Position numbers and translations under genes: made by a program
Source: Coprothermobacterota bacterium
GTDB lineage: Bacteria > Coprothermobacterota > Coprothermobacteria > Coprothermobacterales > Coprothermobacteraceae
Length of the DNA stretch: 64,000 bases
Direction: 5' to 3'
Assembly (NCBI GenBank): GCA_036679065.1
Contig: JAZIGN010000003.1
Location: 128,001 to 192,000 of the forward strand
Notes under the pieces: model-generated
Seen by the model: only the letters and a program-made list of their open reading frames with translations
Database searches by the model: none
Told to the model about the DNA's origin: nothing
In this document: in pieces, positions 11,627 to 21,988 of the stretch
How the letters are laid out: each line of letters begins with the position of its first letter
Numbering within the stretch: the first letter of the stretch is position 1

Positions 11627-13033
11627 TCATGGGCTTTGCTTCTGCCAGTAGAAAATTTGAACATTGTTTATGGTTGCAGGCTTTGTATTGTCGATAGGGT
11701 CTATATAGAAAGTAATGCTCAAATCTTGAGGAGGCAAGTTATACTGCCTAAGGCTAATCTTCAAAGGGTTCGCAGGACCAGTAGCGTGGAACACGTAAGC
11801 CTTACTCGCACTCACAACTTCAACCGTCACAGAGGCGTTTTCGGACAAATCAAAGGTTATGGAATCCCAAGCGAGTAACCCGTCAACAGCCTCTTGGTAA
11901 ACTAGAAGTGTGTAAGGTTCGTAAAAGGTGTTGGTAACAGTAACTTCCTCTGTAGTCGCAGGAATGTCTTTAGTCACTTCTCCAGAACTGCCTGGTATGT
12001 AGATGCGAACCCATTGGTTAGCTGGATCTGTCCCATCTAAAAACTTAATTGACAACCTTAAATTCCAAGCTGCTTTTTTTTCCACCCATGCTGAAAGCTT
12101 ATATTGATATACTACAGTGGCGCTACTAGAACCAACAGGGAATAGAAAAGATCCGCCGTTTCCTTTTCCTGAATACTTTTCTATTGTAGCGGTAGTGGAA
12201 GTCGGTGGCAAAAATACAGGATTACCATTAATCCCATTCGTAACCTTACTATCACATACCTCCCGTAATGATGGTGGCGGATCAGTTGTTTCCGTTTTCT
12301 TTGGCTTCTTATTTTCGAAGGCTACATAGCTGTATTCTTTATCCTTGCCGTGTGGATCCCGATTGTTAGGGTCACGATCAGTATTTCCGGGTATGGCGAT
12401 GATAATATAGTTTTCGTCGTTAGTAGCGGACGGAACCCAAAACGTTAGTCCGTAGTTAATGATGCCGTCATCACCTGCTCTTACTTCCATGTACTGATCA
12501 CCGTAGACGACTGTGTCGTTAGTTGCATCGTCATCCAAGACAGGAATGCATGTTCTCTGATCCCAAATAGTTGAACCAGTGAACTGGAGTACGGTGGTCG
12601 AAGTGGTAGGGGTTATAACTACAGTAGAAGCAGTTGTCGATGTGCTGGAAGTTGCCGCAATTTCCTCAGGGCCGGTTTTTGACGACAAATTTCCAAGCCC
12701 CACGCCCACGTCTGCATACAATGTGTCAATGGCGTAGGAGTATCCCTTACTGCTCACCGTGGCACTGTATTTAACGAGCCCCTCAGAAAGCTCGAAAGCA
12801 CCTGTGGTAGTAGTATCAGCCAGCTCCTGGTAAAGGCTGGTTGCTGAAACCTGACCATTCAGCGCAGCCTGGCCCACTGATGGCAGGTTAAGGTCAATCT
12901 CTGTCTGGAATGATTGCCTGTTTATGTTTGAAAAAGCAGGTAGTGTACCAGCAGCTAAAACGGCAACTATGACAAAAGCAATGACCACTTCCATGAGAGT
13001 AAAACCTTTCATGTTTCTACGCATTCTGCTCAC
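11627..13033 (-). CDS. Large prepilin-type protein (possible tip pilin/adhesin)
   Basis: KG|FTLMEVVIA motif followed by a Thr/Ser-rich linker and a beta-rich C-terminus. Confidence 0.75.
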   Translation of the reverse strand: MSRMRRNMKGFTLMEVVIAFVIVAVLAAGTLPAFSNINRQSFQTEIDLNLPSVGQAALNGQVSATSLYQELADTTTTGAFELSEGLVKYSATVSSKGYSYAIDTLYADVGVGLGNLSSKTGPEEIAATSSTSTTASTVVITPTTSTTVLQFTGSTIWDQRTCIPVLDDDATNDTVVYGDQYMEVRAGDDGIINYGLTFWVPSATNDENYIIIAIPGNTDRDPNNRDPHGKDKEYSYVAFENKKPKKTETTDPPPSLREVCDSKVTNGINGNPVFLPPTSTTATIEKYSGKGNGGSFLFPVGSSSATVVYQYKLSAWVEKKAAWNLRLSIKFLDGTDPANQWVRIYIPGSSGEVTKDIPATTEEVTVTNTFYEPYTLLVYQEAVDGLLAWDSITFDLSENASVTVEVVSASKAYVFHATGPANPLKISLRQYNLPPQDLSITFYIDPIDNTKPATINNVQIFYWQKQSP

Positions 13034-13497
13034 TTCCTTCCCTCTTTAAAATCCAACAAATACACATAATCCTTGTCAGGTTGGAACATCACGTACTGCA
13101 CTGCTGTTCCAGTAAGTGTGTATGCATCCTTGAATGTTACTGTGACATCCCAATAGTTAACAGCGCTACATAGTCTCATTGTCTCTTCGCAATCTATCCC
13201 CTCTTGCCCCTCTTGAAGCGATAAATCGCTCTCTAAAGATCGTGACAAATAAGCAGTCACTACGATTGTACCTTGAGCAAGATCAATGCTGGTACTGGTT
13301 GCAGGGCTTTGTGCATTCACAATGAGCGTGCGCGCCACATTGAGCCCAGCCGCAAATGCCTCGTGTTTAGCAGGTAAAACCTGAATACTGCGCAGTGTGG
13401 AGGTCATCCCCAAAACAGACACATACAGAGGCACCATGAGTAGACTAAGTATGAGAACAAAAGCTAAAACCGTTATCAGTGCAATGCCTTTTTTCAT
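13030..13497 (-). CDS. PilX-like minor pilin
   Basis: MKKG|IALITVLAFVLILSLL (no E5, as in PilX). Confidence 0.7.
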   Translation of the reverse strand: MKKGIALITVLAFVLILSLLMVPLYVSVLGMTSTLRSIQVLPAKHEAFAAGLNVARTLIVNAQSPATSTSIDLAQGTIVVTAYLSRSLESDLSLQEGQEGIDCEETMRLCSAVNYWDVTVTFKDAYTLTGTAVQYVMFQPDKDYVYLLDFKEGRK

Positions 13498-14324
13498 GGG
13501 CTTGTCACCACCTTTACAGTAACGTCTTCACAAGGTGTGCCATCGACCCCGATAAGAGGGGGTATCGTAACGAAAACTGGTTGAGTCGTAGCGCTGGTCT
13601 GTATGTACAGCTCTTGGTAAACATTTCTACCATTAAGCGTTGTGCCTGTCAAACTCACAGTGGCAGTTTTTCTAACACCATTGTCGTCAATAATAGTTGT
13701 AATCGTACTTGTATCAGTCACCAGCTGCAAATCAGAAGAACCCGTAGGCCTAACACCAAACCCCAAGGCAGGATAATAAAGGTCGACTATGACGTTATTG
13801 CCGTTCCGCGTAAAACTCTCTGGCACTGGCGCGGCATTCACCAGTTTTTTGATGACCACGGTATTATCGAACCTTCTGCCGTCAGAAGAAGGTATGCTGA
13901 GGTAAAGTAACAGCAAGAATTTATTGTCAGCTGGCTGCTGAATGGACACCGAAGCTGTTTGAACTTCCAAAGTTACCGTGGCACTTGTAGCCGTGGACAA
14001 CGCCTCGGCACGTATCAATTCTTTGAAATTCACAGTATTGGACACCAGGTCTGAACCGCTCTTCTTGTACAGCGTCACCGACGGGAGGTTCTTGTCAACG
14101 CTGTAGGTGGCGCTCAGCTGGATGTCCTGCGCGTTAAGGTAAACGGCACTGTAAGCTCTTGACAAGCCAATGACATAATTAGGCAAGGCTATAAGCCGAT
14201 TTTTTACAAAGGTGAACAACCAAGTACTTGTGAAAAGCACTACAACCATCAACACCGATAGAAGTGCTAAACTAATAAGCACTTCTATGAGGGTCATACC
14301 CTTGAAACTTTTATTCCCCTTCAT
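13494..14324 (-). CDS. PilW-like prepilin
   Basis: KG|MTLIEVLISLALL; probable start ATG 14324, 6 nt after an extended -10 TGGTATAAT (leaderless). Confidence 0.78.
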   Translation of the reverse strand: MKGNKSFKGMTLIEVLISLALLSVLMVVVLFTSTWLFTFVKNRLIALPNYVIGLSRAYSAVYLNAQDIQLSATYSVDKNLPSVTLYKKSGSDLVSNTVNFKELIRAEALSTATSATVTLEVQTASVSIQQPADNKFLLLLYLSIPSSDGRRFDNTVVIKKLVNAAPVPESFTRNGNNVIVDLYYPALGFGVRPTGSSDLQLVTDTSTITTIIDDNGVRKTATVSLTGTTLNGRNVYQELYIQTSATTQPVFVTIPPLIGVDGTPCEDVTVKVVTSP

Positions 14325-14472
14325 GCGCACATTATACCACTAATTTTTCACAATTATTCGATAGCATCCGTACAACTTTGTTAAGTAGTCTTCTTTCAGA
14401 AAAAACTACAGTACTCATGTAAAGATGCACTATAATATAATTAATACTGGAAATTACCGAAGGAGGCTTGAT

Positions 14473-14727
14473 ATGCACGGCTGGACTGTGAAGAAGGTTT
14501 ATTTTTATGCCCTGTCATTCATACTTCTTGCCTTCATCATCTACAACGTTGGCCAAATTGTGTGGAGGCTTTCCGAGATAATTGTTCCACCTCCGATCTT
14601 GGATCTCGAAAGCAGAAAAGTCAACACTTATTCTAACTGGAGAATGATGGGAGAAAACATAGTCTATCTGGCAGTGTGCTTCCCCGTATTCTGGTACCAC
14701 TGGAAAGTAGCACGCTCACTTGAATGA
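14473..14727 (+). CDS. Two-TM membrane protein, tandem paralog 1 (DUF5671-like; short loop)
   Basis: AGGAGG RBS; KKVYFY...FWYHWKVARSLE. Confidence 0.75.
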   Translation: MHGWTVKKVYFYALSFILLAFIIYNVGQIVWRLSEIIVPPPILDLESRKVNTYSNWRMMGENIVYLAVCFPVFWYHWKVARSLE

Positions 14728-14768
14728 AACACACTGCACACAGTATTAAAGAAAGGGGTGCTAAGTCC

Positions 14769-15137
14769 ATGCAAAATTGGACAGCAAAAAAGGTTTATTT
14801 TTATGGAGTTTCGCTGGTGTTACTCCTATTAATACTTTTCAATGTAGGCAGTCTTTTATGGCAGGTAGTTCAAATAACTGTTTTACCTCCCCTGACCGCT
14901 GGCACGTGGAACTACGAGGATGCAAAGCGTCAGCTACTTTGGGAAAAATACGGCACCACTGAAAACGTGACCGTCACGCCCGAGGAAGTACAAACCTTCA
15001 TAGATCAAAAAGAAAAGGAAAGCCAAAGGCTAACGCTTTATTACAACTGGCAGGTCGTTGTAAAAAACGCGCTTTACCTGGCTGTAATTGCGCCTCTTTA
15101 CTGGTACCACTGGAAAGTAGCTCGCACTTTGGAATGA
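14769..15137 (+). CDS. Two-TM membrane protein, tandem paralog 2
   Basis: KKVYFY...NYEDAKRQLLWEKYG...YWYHWKVARTLE. Confidence 0.78.
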   Translation: MQNWTAKKVYFYGVSLVLLLLILFNVGSLLWQVVQITVLPPLTAGTWNYEDAKRQLLWEKYGTTENVTVTPEEVQTFIDQKEKESQRLTLYYNWQVVVKNALYLAVIAPLYWYHWKVARTLE

Positions 15138-15155
15138 CCATGTGCAGAAGAGGAC

Positions 15156-15533
15156 TTGTTTGACATGGAACAGATTACTGTAAAACAGGCTTACTTCTAC
15201 ACGGTGTCATTCATTTTACTCATGATGATGCTCTACAGCCTAAACGGCCTTGTGTGGCAAGTCATTGGCATAGTGGCACCTCCACCTCTTATTCTGGGGC
15301 AGTGGGACTATGAAGATGCTAAAGGGCAACTACTTTGGGAAAAATACGGGGTAACGGAGAACACAACAGTGGCACCACAAGAGGTCCAAGCTTTCGTAAA
15401 GGAGCAGAGGGAGAAAAACCGACAATTCCAGATCTATTCTTGGTATCAGGGGGCTGCAAGAAATATGATTTCTTTGGTAGTGTGTTTCCCCGTGTTTTGG
15501 TACCACTGGAAAGTAGCTCGTAGACTGGAGTAG
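15156..15533 (+). CDS. Two-TM membrane protein, tandem paralog 3
   Basis: KQAYFY...DYEDAKGQLLWEKYG...FWYHWKVARRLE. Confidence 0.78.
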   Translation: MFDMEQITVKQAYFYTVSFILLMMMLYSLNGLVWQVIGIVAPPPLILGQWDYEDAKGQLLWEKYGVTENTTVAPQEVQAFVKEQREKNRQFQIYSWYQGAARNMISLVVCFPVFWYHWKVARRLE

Positions 15534-15555
15534 CTCGACAAGGAGAAGCTGTGCA

Positions 15556-15930
15556 ATGACGGAAAAACAAAAAGCAGGAATGAAGGTCTATTACTATGTG
15601 GCATCGTTTGTGCTGCTCATGTTCGTACTCTTTTATGCCAGCAACTTGGTTTCACAACTGTCTGGAATCTTAGTACAACCTCCACTGAGTCCTATTCGCA
15701 TAAACTACGAGGATGCCAAAACACAACTCCTATGGGAAAAATACGGACCTAATGGAAGCGGCAGTGTTACACGTGAGGAAGTAGAGGAGTTCATACTCAG
15801 GAGGGAGCAAGAATATAGGAAATCAGCTCTTCGCCATACCTACTCCATTATGGCGCGGAACGCAATCTACGTGGTAATCATGTTTCCCGTATACATGTAC
15901 CATTGGAAGGCGGCACTTTCACTGGAGTAG
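15556..15930 (+). CDS. Two-TM membrane protein, tandem paralog 4
   Basis: MKVYYY...NYEDAKTQLLWEKYG...YMYHWKAALSLE. Confidence 0.78.
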   Translation: MTEKQKAGMKVYYYVASFVLLMFVLFYASNLVSQLSGILVQPPLSPIRINYEDAKTQLLWEKYGPNGSGSVTREEVEEFILRREQEYRKSALRHTYSIMARNAIYVVIMFPVYMYHWKAALSLE

Positions 15931-16234
15931 CGACCACCTCTCGCTCCTTGCCGTCAATCACTAAAACAAAAGAAAAAGGTTCTTCACTTTCCTCAACGTG
16001 TGACAGCACCTTTGCCACATCGGAAAGAGTAAGCTGAAGCGCCACACCACCTGTTAGCTCGTACCTAATGTTTTCTCTGCCGCTCTCTTTTGCCAGCGCA
16101 TAGGAAAGGTAGAGCAGATTAACCGGAATGTGAAAAACAAAGCAAGCGTATTTGAGCTCCAGCCACAATCCAGTGAATCTTTGGAGCTCATGAGAACCCG
16201 GCAGTTTATCAAAATCCACTTCCCACCAATTCAT
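15878..16234 (-). CDS. Hypothetical protein
   Basis: GAGGAG RBS and ORF; convergent overlap with paralog 4. Confidence 0.55.
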   Translation of the reverse strand: MNWWEVDFDKLPGSHELQRFTGLWLELKYACFVFHIPVNLLYLSYALAKESGRENIRYELTGGVALQLTLSDVAKVLSHVEESEEPFSFVLVIDGKEREVVATPVKVPPSNGTCIRET

Positions 16235-16270
16235 ATTAAACTCCTCTTCGCCCCATTTCTTACTACATTG

Positions 16271-16297
16271 TGCAACTTCCCAATGCTTTTTGCAGTA
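16271..16297 (+). promoter_or_regulatory. Putative ECF (SigW-like) promoter
   Basis: TGCAAC-N17-AGTA upstream of an operon that encodes an ECF sigma; resembles B. subtilis SigW TGAAAC-N16/17-CGTA. Confidence 0.5.
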
Positions 16298-16336
16298 TAT
16301 TAAGTAGCAAGCAGAAAGAAAGTGAGGTGTTCATAG

Positions 16337-16543
16337 TTGAAAAGACTTTACCGCAGTAGAACTGACAAGGTTCTCGGCGGGGTTGTGGGCGGTCTCAGGG
16401 CTTACTTCAATTTGGATGTGGATACCAACCTTTTAAGGCTGATCACAGCTGGGCTTACCTTGGTTATGCCTTTGTTAGCGGCGCTCTACATCATTGCTTG
16501 GATCATTGTACCAGTGGAACCCGTGGGAGGAACTTATGAGTAA
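16337..16543 (+). CDS. pspC: PspC domain protein
   Basis: KRLYRSRTDKVLGGVVGGL...YIIAWIIVP. Confidence 0.9.
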   Translation: MKRLYRSRTDKVLGGVVGGLRAYFNLDVDTNLLRLITAGLTLVMPLLAALYIIAWIIVPVEPVGGTYE

Positions 16544-17075
16544 TAATGGCGGCAGCAAGAAGCTATACAGGAGCAGAAAAAACCGTATCATAGCAGGTGT
16601 TCTTGGTGGACTTGCAGAGTACCTGCAAGTGGATGTGGTGCTGTTGCGCATTGTTTACCTACTGCTCATGTTCTTCGGGAATTTCACGTTTTTTACCATT
16701 CTTTACATAATCGGTTGGGTGATCATACCCGAGCAGCCCAAAGTTTCAGCCACATTGGACGGTACCTCAGTGGAAGGTTATGTGGGTGACGTCTATTCTT
16801 CGTACTCAGACGTAAGCGGTAGCAGTTCAGCAGAAACTGGTGAGCAGCATGTAAGCGGTAAGGTGGTTCTTGGTGCCATATTACTGGTCATAGGCGCTGT
16901 TATCCTGTTTAAGAACCTTTCTTCCTACGCCATCATCAGTATTCCGCGTTGGATAATACCCTACTTTGAAATGGCACGTGCCCTTGCACTTCCCGTTTTG
17001 CTCATCGTGATCGGCATAGTACTGCTAATCAGCCACAACCAGACAAAGCACCAAGGCGGAGGAACGGATAGATGA
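16536..17075 (+). CDS. PspC domain plus C-terminal TM (LiaF/LiaI-like) protein
   Basis: KKLYRSRKNRIIAGVLGGLAEY...YIIGWVIIP, then GAILLVIG...PVLLIVIG; GGAGG RBS before ATG 16536. Confidence 0.85.
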   Translation: MSNNGGSKKLYRSRKNRIIAGVLGGLAEYLQVDVVLLRIVYLLLMFFGNFTFFTILYIIGWVIIPEQPKVSATLDGTSVEGYVGDVYSSYSDVSGSSSAETGEQHVSGKVVLGAILLVIGAVILFKNLSSYAIISIPRWIIPYFEMARALALPVLLIVIGIVLLISHNQTKHQGGGTDR

Positions 17076-18208
17076 TGGTGTGGACAGCTAACCAGTTTTT
17101 TGCAGTGATTTTTCTTGTTTGGTTACTGGTGCTTTTTGTACAATCACTGCTGGGTTTGTTTAGGGTTAGACTGGCCACTGCACAGTTATTTGGGTTAATC
17201 TTAGTGATTTGCGGAGTTTTTTGGATACTGTATGTTTTACCTAATAGCCCCCTGCAAGAGTATGTAGCACACTCTGCCCTCCCCGATCCTTGGTATCTAC
17301 TGGGTGGGCTACTCATTACCTATGGTGTAAGGTACTTAATGCCTGCACCGACCAAAGACATCGTAGCCGCACTGCTGTGTGTGGCTGTGGTGATTGGTGG
17401 ATTTTACATTTTTAAGACGCTCACACCTCCCCAACCTCAGTGGCAGGGACAACAACAGCAACAGCAGCAACAACAAGGGTCTGGTTACAATGACACCCCC
17501 GCAAGAAAAGGTAACCGCCCCTTCCCTGCCCCCCTGAAAATATACGGCCTCCGCTCAACCCCATTGGAGGCACTGACATGGGCAGAAGAAGAAACATCTT
17601 CTGCCCTGTCATTTCATTTGGATTTTGGCTCTCTTTACGTAGGACAACAACCTTCAAAAACACATGGCTTTGGTACTTATCAATATGTGTTTAGAAAAAG
17701 TGCAACAGGCACGTATGAGCTTACCCCACAAGGCGGGCGTGAAGGCAATGGAGCACTGTTTCTAAGCTCAGAGGTTAAATCCGTGGACATTGCAGCCAGT
17801 TATGGCTCTCTGTATGTGGAAGTTACTCAGCCCATGCACTCAGTTTTGGTGGATTCACGCATGGGCGATATAACCATTGATAGTGCTGCAGAGATTGAAG
17901 CTATCATACTAAAGAGCTACGCAGGCAACATAAACTTGGCACTGAACCAGCATGTTAAAGACATAAGTGTGGACAGCAGAGCAGGAAACATAAATGTGAG
18001 CACGTCCACGGTAGTGGATATGATCACCGTTAAAGCTTCAGCCGGCAACCTCGTCATGACAGTACCCGAGGGTGTAAAGGTGGAAGTGGAAAACGTGGGT
18101 GCCGTTGGCAGATTTAACAATGATTCTGACCCCCAGGGATATAATGGAACCATGAAACTGCACCTGGACATGAAAATGGGTAATGTGGACATAAGGCAAT
18201 GGCCATGA
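17072..18208 (+). CDS. Membrane protein with poly-Gln linker and C-terminal toast-rack (DUF4097-like) beta repeats
   Basis: Four N-terminal TMs, a Q9 tract and repeated S..G.I.V units. Confidence 0.7.
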   Translation: MMVWTANQFFAVIFLVWLLVLFVQSLLGLFRVRLATAQLFGLILVICGVFWILYVLPNSPLQEYVAHSALPDPWYLLGGLLITYGVRYLMPAPTKDIVAALLCVAVVIGGFYIFKTLTPPQPQWQGQQQQQQQQQGSGYNDTPARKGNRPFPAPLKIYGLRSTPLEALTWAEEETSSALSFHLDFGSLYVGQQPSKTHGFGTYQYVFRKSATGTYELTPQGGREGNGALFLSSEVKSVDIAASYGSLYVEVTQPMHSVLVDSRMGDITIDSAAEIEAIILKSYAGNINLALNQHVKDISVDSRAGNINVSTSTVVDMITVKASAGNLVMTVPEGVKVEVENVGAVGRFNNDSDPQGYNGTMKLHLDMKMGNVDIRQWP

Positions 18209-18645
18209 TTAATGAGGTAGAAAGAGCATTCGAGCTCTACGGCAAGAGGCTTTACGCTTACATGCGGCGTCTGGGGCTTTCTGAGGTGGAAGCCGAAGAC
18301 GGAGTGCAAGAAGTATTCATCAGAGCCATGCGTTCCAGCATAGATTGGTCTTCGCCCAAGGGCTACTTGTTCAAGATTGCCCACAACTGGGCCATGGACG
18401 TCCTTAGGAGCAGGATGCCTTTAGTGGACGAGGAAAACGGTTATGAACTGTCCGCTGGCAAAGATCACTTTGAGGACGTGCATCTGCTTTTGCAAAGCCT
18501 GAAAGAAGAAGAACGCAGTGTTCTATTGCTGCTGTACCAGGAAGGTCTTTCTTACCGTGAAGTAGCTGAGCTCACTGGAAAACCAGAAAACACCATTAAG
18601 AGTATTGTCCACAGAGCCAAAGAGAAGCTAAGGAAGGAGGTGTAA
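18199..18645 (+). CDS. ECF RNA polymerase sigma factor
   Basis: AEDGVQEVFIR, YLFKIAHN and LSYREVAELTGKPENTIKSIVHRAK. Confidence 0.93.
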   Translation: MAMINEVERAFELYGKRLYAYMRRLGLSEVEAEDGVQEVFIRAMRSSIDWSSPKGYLFKIAHNWAMDVLRSRMPLVDEENGYELSAGKDHFEDVHLLLQSLKEEERSVLLLLYQEGLSYREVAELTGKPENTIKSIVHRAKEKLRKEV

Positions 18646-18653
18646 AAAGAACC

Positions 18654-18908
18654 GTGGACGACCTGGATTTTATCGACTTAATCAGTGTGGCAGAATACAG
18701 CGAAGAGTGGGAGAAGAAAAAGAAACCCATTCAAAAGAAAATAAGAAGGTATTACCTGCTTCATGAAGTGGGTGTGAAGGGTTTATTCCTGTCCGCGGCG
18801 GGTGCCGTTTTGCTGCTGCAGTACACCCCCTACAGCTACCTGCTCACCTTCCCGCAGTGGCTGGCAAACTTCCTCACCTCCATGCTTTTACCTGCTTTAG
18901 GCTTGTAA
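18654..18908 (+). CDS. Small membrane protein, putative anti-sigma factor
   Basis: Directly after the ECF sigma; soluble N-terminus plus TM. Confidence 0.5.
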   Translation: MDDLDFIDLISVAEYSEEWEKKKKPIQKKIRRYYLLHEVGVKGLFLSAAGAVLLLQYTPYSYLLTFPQWLANFLTSMLLPALGL

Positions 18909-18962
18909 AAACCTGTAAGTTCAAAGGCTCCACTTTTGCTTTTGTGTTATACTTTTTAACGT

Positions 18963-19349
18963 ATGAAAGTTTGTGTAACCAAAGCCTTCACCTTTGATGC
19001 AGCCCATAATTTGATAAATTACAAAGGCAAGTGCGAAGCACTACATGGCCATACTTACCGCTTGGAAGTAACCGTTTGCGGCACACCTAATGAGCTTGAG
19101 AACGGCTTGCTGATGGATTTTGGTGACCTAAAAAACTTAGTTAACAAGGAAGTGCTTTCCAAACTTGACCATTCTTACCTAAACGACCATTTTGAGCAGC
19201 CCAGCACTGAACTTATCGCCATGTGGATATTTGAAACCCTTAGGCCCCACGTGGAAAAACTTGGTTTGACGCTAACTTCGGTTAAGCTTTTTGAGACAGC
19301 AACCTCATGGGTAGAAATAAGAGAAGAAACACAGGGAGACAATGAGTGA
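18963..19349 (+). CDS. queD: 6-carboxy-5,6,7,8-tetrahydropterin synthase
   Basis: FDAAH, CEALHGH (Cx3HGH), LDHSYLN, ETATS. Confidence 0.93.
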   Translation: MKVCVTKAFTFDAAHNLINYKGKCEALHGHTYRLEVTVCGTPNELENGLLMDFGDLKNLVNKEVLSKLDHSYLNDHFEQPSTELIAMWIFETLRPHVEKLGLTLTSVKLFETATSWVEIREETQGDNE

Positions 19350-20163
19350 CATGCGTGATGTGCAAAGCGAACGTGACCCGCGTAACGTACCCCTGGATTA
19401 TGTAGGCATTGAGAATGTGCGACTGCCCATAACAGTGCGTACCAAAGAAGGCGGTAAGCAGCCCACAGTGGGAACCTTTGCCATTGGAGTGGATTTCCCG
19501 CACTCTTTTCGGGGCACTCACATGTCACGGTTCATGGAAGTCCTGTATAAGCACCAGGAAGAGATATCTCAAACCCGCCTAAAAGTGACCCTGGAAGACA
19601 TAAAAGAACGCTTGAAAGCAACGAAAGCCATGATTGAAGTGGCATTTCCCTTCGCCATAAAGAAAAGTACCCCAGTAACAAAATTGGACACCATCATGTA
19701 TGTGGATGCTTCCTTCAAGGCAGAGCTTAATTCCACAACCTACTCGGTGACATCAACCGTAACCGTGCCAGTTCATTCACTGTGCCCCTGCTCGCGGGAC
19801 ATAAGCGATTTTGGCGCACACAACCAGCGTGTGGATGTTACTGTTAGCTGGCAAGGTGATCTTTGGATTGAAGATGTCATAGCACTCATAGAAAGCAGTG
19901 CTTCGCAGCCTCTGTATCCCCTGCTAAAGAGACCTGATGAAAAATACGTCACAGAAAAAGCCTATTTGAACCCAAAGTTCGTAGAAGACATTGCCAAAGA
20001 TCTGTTTTTGAAACTGGATCCTTTATCCCCTTGCTTTCGAATAAAGGTGGTCAGCTACGAGTCCATACACCCGCACAATGCCGTTGCCATTAAAGAGAAA
20101 AGAGCGGAAGTATCGGAGTCATCAGTAAGGTCAAATGATCAAGAACATAGGGATTGTACTTAA
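19342..20163 (+). CDS. folE2: GTP cyclohydrolase IB
   Basis: [34 protein letters not shown]. Confidence 0.95.
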   Translation: MSDMRDVQSERDPRNVPLDYVGIENVRLPITVRTKEGGKQPTVGTFAIGVDFPHSFRGTHMSRFMEVLYKHQEEISQTRLKVTLEDIKERLKATKAMIEVAFPFAIKKSTPVTKLDTIMYVDASFKAELNSTTYSVTSTVTVPVHSLCPCSRDISDFGAHNQRVDVTVSWQGDLWIEDVIALIESSASQPLYPLLKRPDEKYVTEKAYLNPKFVEDIAKDLFLKLDPLSPCFRIKVVSYESIHPHNAVAIKEKRAEVSESSVRSNDQEHRDCT

Positions 20164-21046
20164 CCCCACAGCCGGCAGGGGTAAAGCCGGGCGCATTTTT
20201 CCGCAAGTTCTTTCCATGCTCCATGAGGTTGGCATAAAAACTTTGGTAGAGATTACGGAACTCCCAGGCCATGGTGCCGAGCTTGCAGCCAGATTAGCAC
20301 GAAAAGGTGTTGATGCCGTAGTAAGCGCTGGCGGAGATGGCACGTTAAACGAAGTACTTAACGGACTGGCAAATTTGAACTTTCCCGTTCCCATGGGAGC
20401 TCTTGGCATTGGTACAGGCAACGATTTTCTAAAAAGCGCCGGAACTGCAAAAGACTTACTAAAGCAGGTGGAAGTTATAAAGCAGGGTAATATCAAACTC
20501 TTGGATTTGATGCGCATTACCTACTGCGACTTTGGAGGCCAGACAGCCCTTAGGTATTCCATAAATGATTTCGGGGTGGGCTTTCCAGCCAAAGTGTCTT
20601 TTAGGGTAAACAACATGAAAGGTGCGCTGAAGGGGGCTTGGAGCTATGCAGCTGCAGTTATCACTGAAATCAGGCTTAATAAACCCGTACAGCTTAAGCT
20701 GGAAATGCCTGAAGGATCATTCCAAGGCTTTTACAACATGCTTTTTGCAATGATTGGTCAGTATGTGGGAGGCGGCATAAAAATAGCGCCCATGGCAGTT
20801 GTTGATGATGGTTACATGGACGTGCTGTTTGTGGAACGATTAACACGATGGGAAACCTTGAAGCTGCTGCCAAAAGCCTTTAAAGGTACACATTTACCAC
20901 ACCCCAAGGCTACGCACATAAGAACACGCGAGCTGAGTGTAAATGATACTCAAGAGCTGGTTTACGTGCAGGGTGAAGTCATAGGGTTCACACCTGCACA
21001 CATTGAGCTGTTGCCCCAAAAGGTGCCCTTTCTTTGGCCCTCGTAG
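20135..21046 (+). CDS. Diacylglycerol/lipid kinase family (YegS/DgkB-like)
   Basis: [20 protein letters not shown]. Confidence 0.92.
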   Translation: MIKNIGIVLNPTAGRGKAGRIFPQVLSMLHEVGIKTLVEITELPGHGAELAARLARKGVDAVVSAGGDGTLNEVLNGLANLNFPVPMGALGIGTGNDFLKSAGTAKDLLKQVEVIKQGNIKLLDLMRITYCDFGGQTALRYSINDFGVGFPAKVSFRVNNMKGALKGAWSYAAAVITEIRLNKPVQLKLEMPEGSFQGFYNMLFAMIGQYVGGGIKIAPMAVVDDGYMDVLFVERLTRWETLKLLPKAFKGTHLPHPKATHIRTRELSVNDTQELVYVQGEVIGFTPAHIELLPQKVPFLWPS

Positions 21047-21070
21047 ATTACATATGTACTTGCAGTACGC

Positions 21071-21541
21071 TTACTTCTCAACAGGAGTAACAGTAAGCTG
21101 AGTTACGCGTCCGTACACCGCCCAGTCTGGGCCTTCCAGCGTGAGTGAACGCCCCACAACTATGCGCTGCTTCGCCATCACAGGAACGTCATCGTAAAAA
21201 GGCGCAATGGTCTTTATTGTAACAAACATGGTATAACGCTGCGGGTCAGGACTGTAAACCACATTACCCTGTTCATCCTGTGTTCTGTACATGAAAGGCA
21301 TGTAGGTAGCAGTAACCACTTCAAAGTATGGCTTTTTGTAACGGTCCAGCAGAAGATCACCGGGTTTCGGAGCTGAAGCCACTTCATAAGCCACATCATC
21401 GGATCTAACCACTGCCACAGCGGTTTTTGCAGTGAGCCCACGGTTGACGCCTGCATGCAAGTACCAAGCAACCAGTACCAGCACTGCTACAAGTACTAAA
21501 GCAATAAACCACCTATAAGGCTTGCGCACGTTCGCTATCAC
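21071..21541 (-). CDS. Membrane-anchored protein (DUF4330-like)
   Basis: N-terminal TM and beta-rich body; family call from recall only. Confidence 0.5.
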   Translation of the reverse strand: MIANVRKPYRWFIALVLVAVLVLVAWYLHAGVNRGLTAKTAVAVVRSDDVAYEVASAPKPGDLLLDRYKKPYFEVVTATYMPFMYRTQDEQGNVVYSPDPQRYTMFVTIKTIAPFYDDVPVMAKQRIVVGRSLTLEGPDWAVYGRVTQLTVTPVEK

Positions 21542-21560
21542 TCCTTACTTGTGTTGTTAG

Positions 21561-21959
21561 TTATTTATCGTTGTTGCTCCAGAATCTCCAAAGTGTGGTC
21601 ATAAAATCAGAGCTGGTAGGCAACATATCCACTAGTAGAGCAACGAACAAATTTCCTTCTTCGTCCACAAAAAATTTCACCGCTTTACCGAAGAAACGGT
21701 CCATGAGACGAGCCACTTGGTCAAAAGGCAAGTCTTCGGGTGAAACCGGTTCCCCAACAAGATTTTCCATTTTTTCAATGAGATCACCCAAGGAATACAC
21801 TTCAATGTGGGTACCTTCACCGTATTCGTGCTCCAGCTCGTTCATTATGAAACTCTTAATGAGCATGATATCCACGTCATCGTACGCGGACTCGTCCCAT
21901 CCTACAGAAATGTTCTCTAAGTCTTTAAAGTCAATTTCTTTGATAACGTATTCAGCCAT
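21561..21959 (-). CDS. Acidic hypothetical protein
   Basis: TATAAT abuts ATG 21968, so the downstream ATG 21959 (MAEYVIK) is the more plausible start. Confidence 0.55.
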   Translation of the reverse strand: MAEYVIKEIDFKDLENISVGWDESAYDDVDIMLIKSFIMNELEHEYGEGTHIEVYSLGDLIEKMENLVGEPVSPEDLPFDQVARLMDRFFGKAVKFFVDEEGNLFVALLVDMLPTSSDFMTTLWRFWSNNDK

Positions 21960-21988
21960 TATTTTCATATTATAAACCTTTAAGCGCC

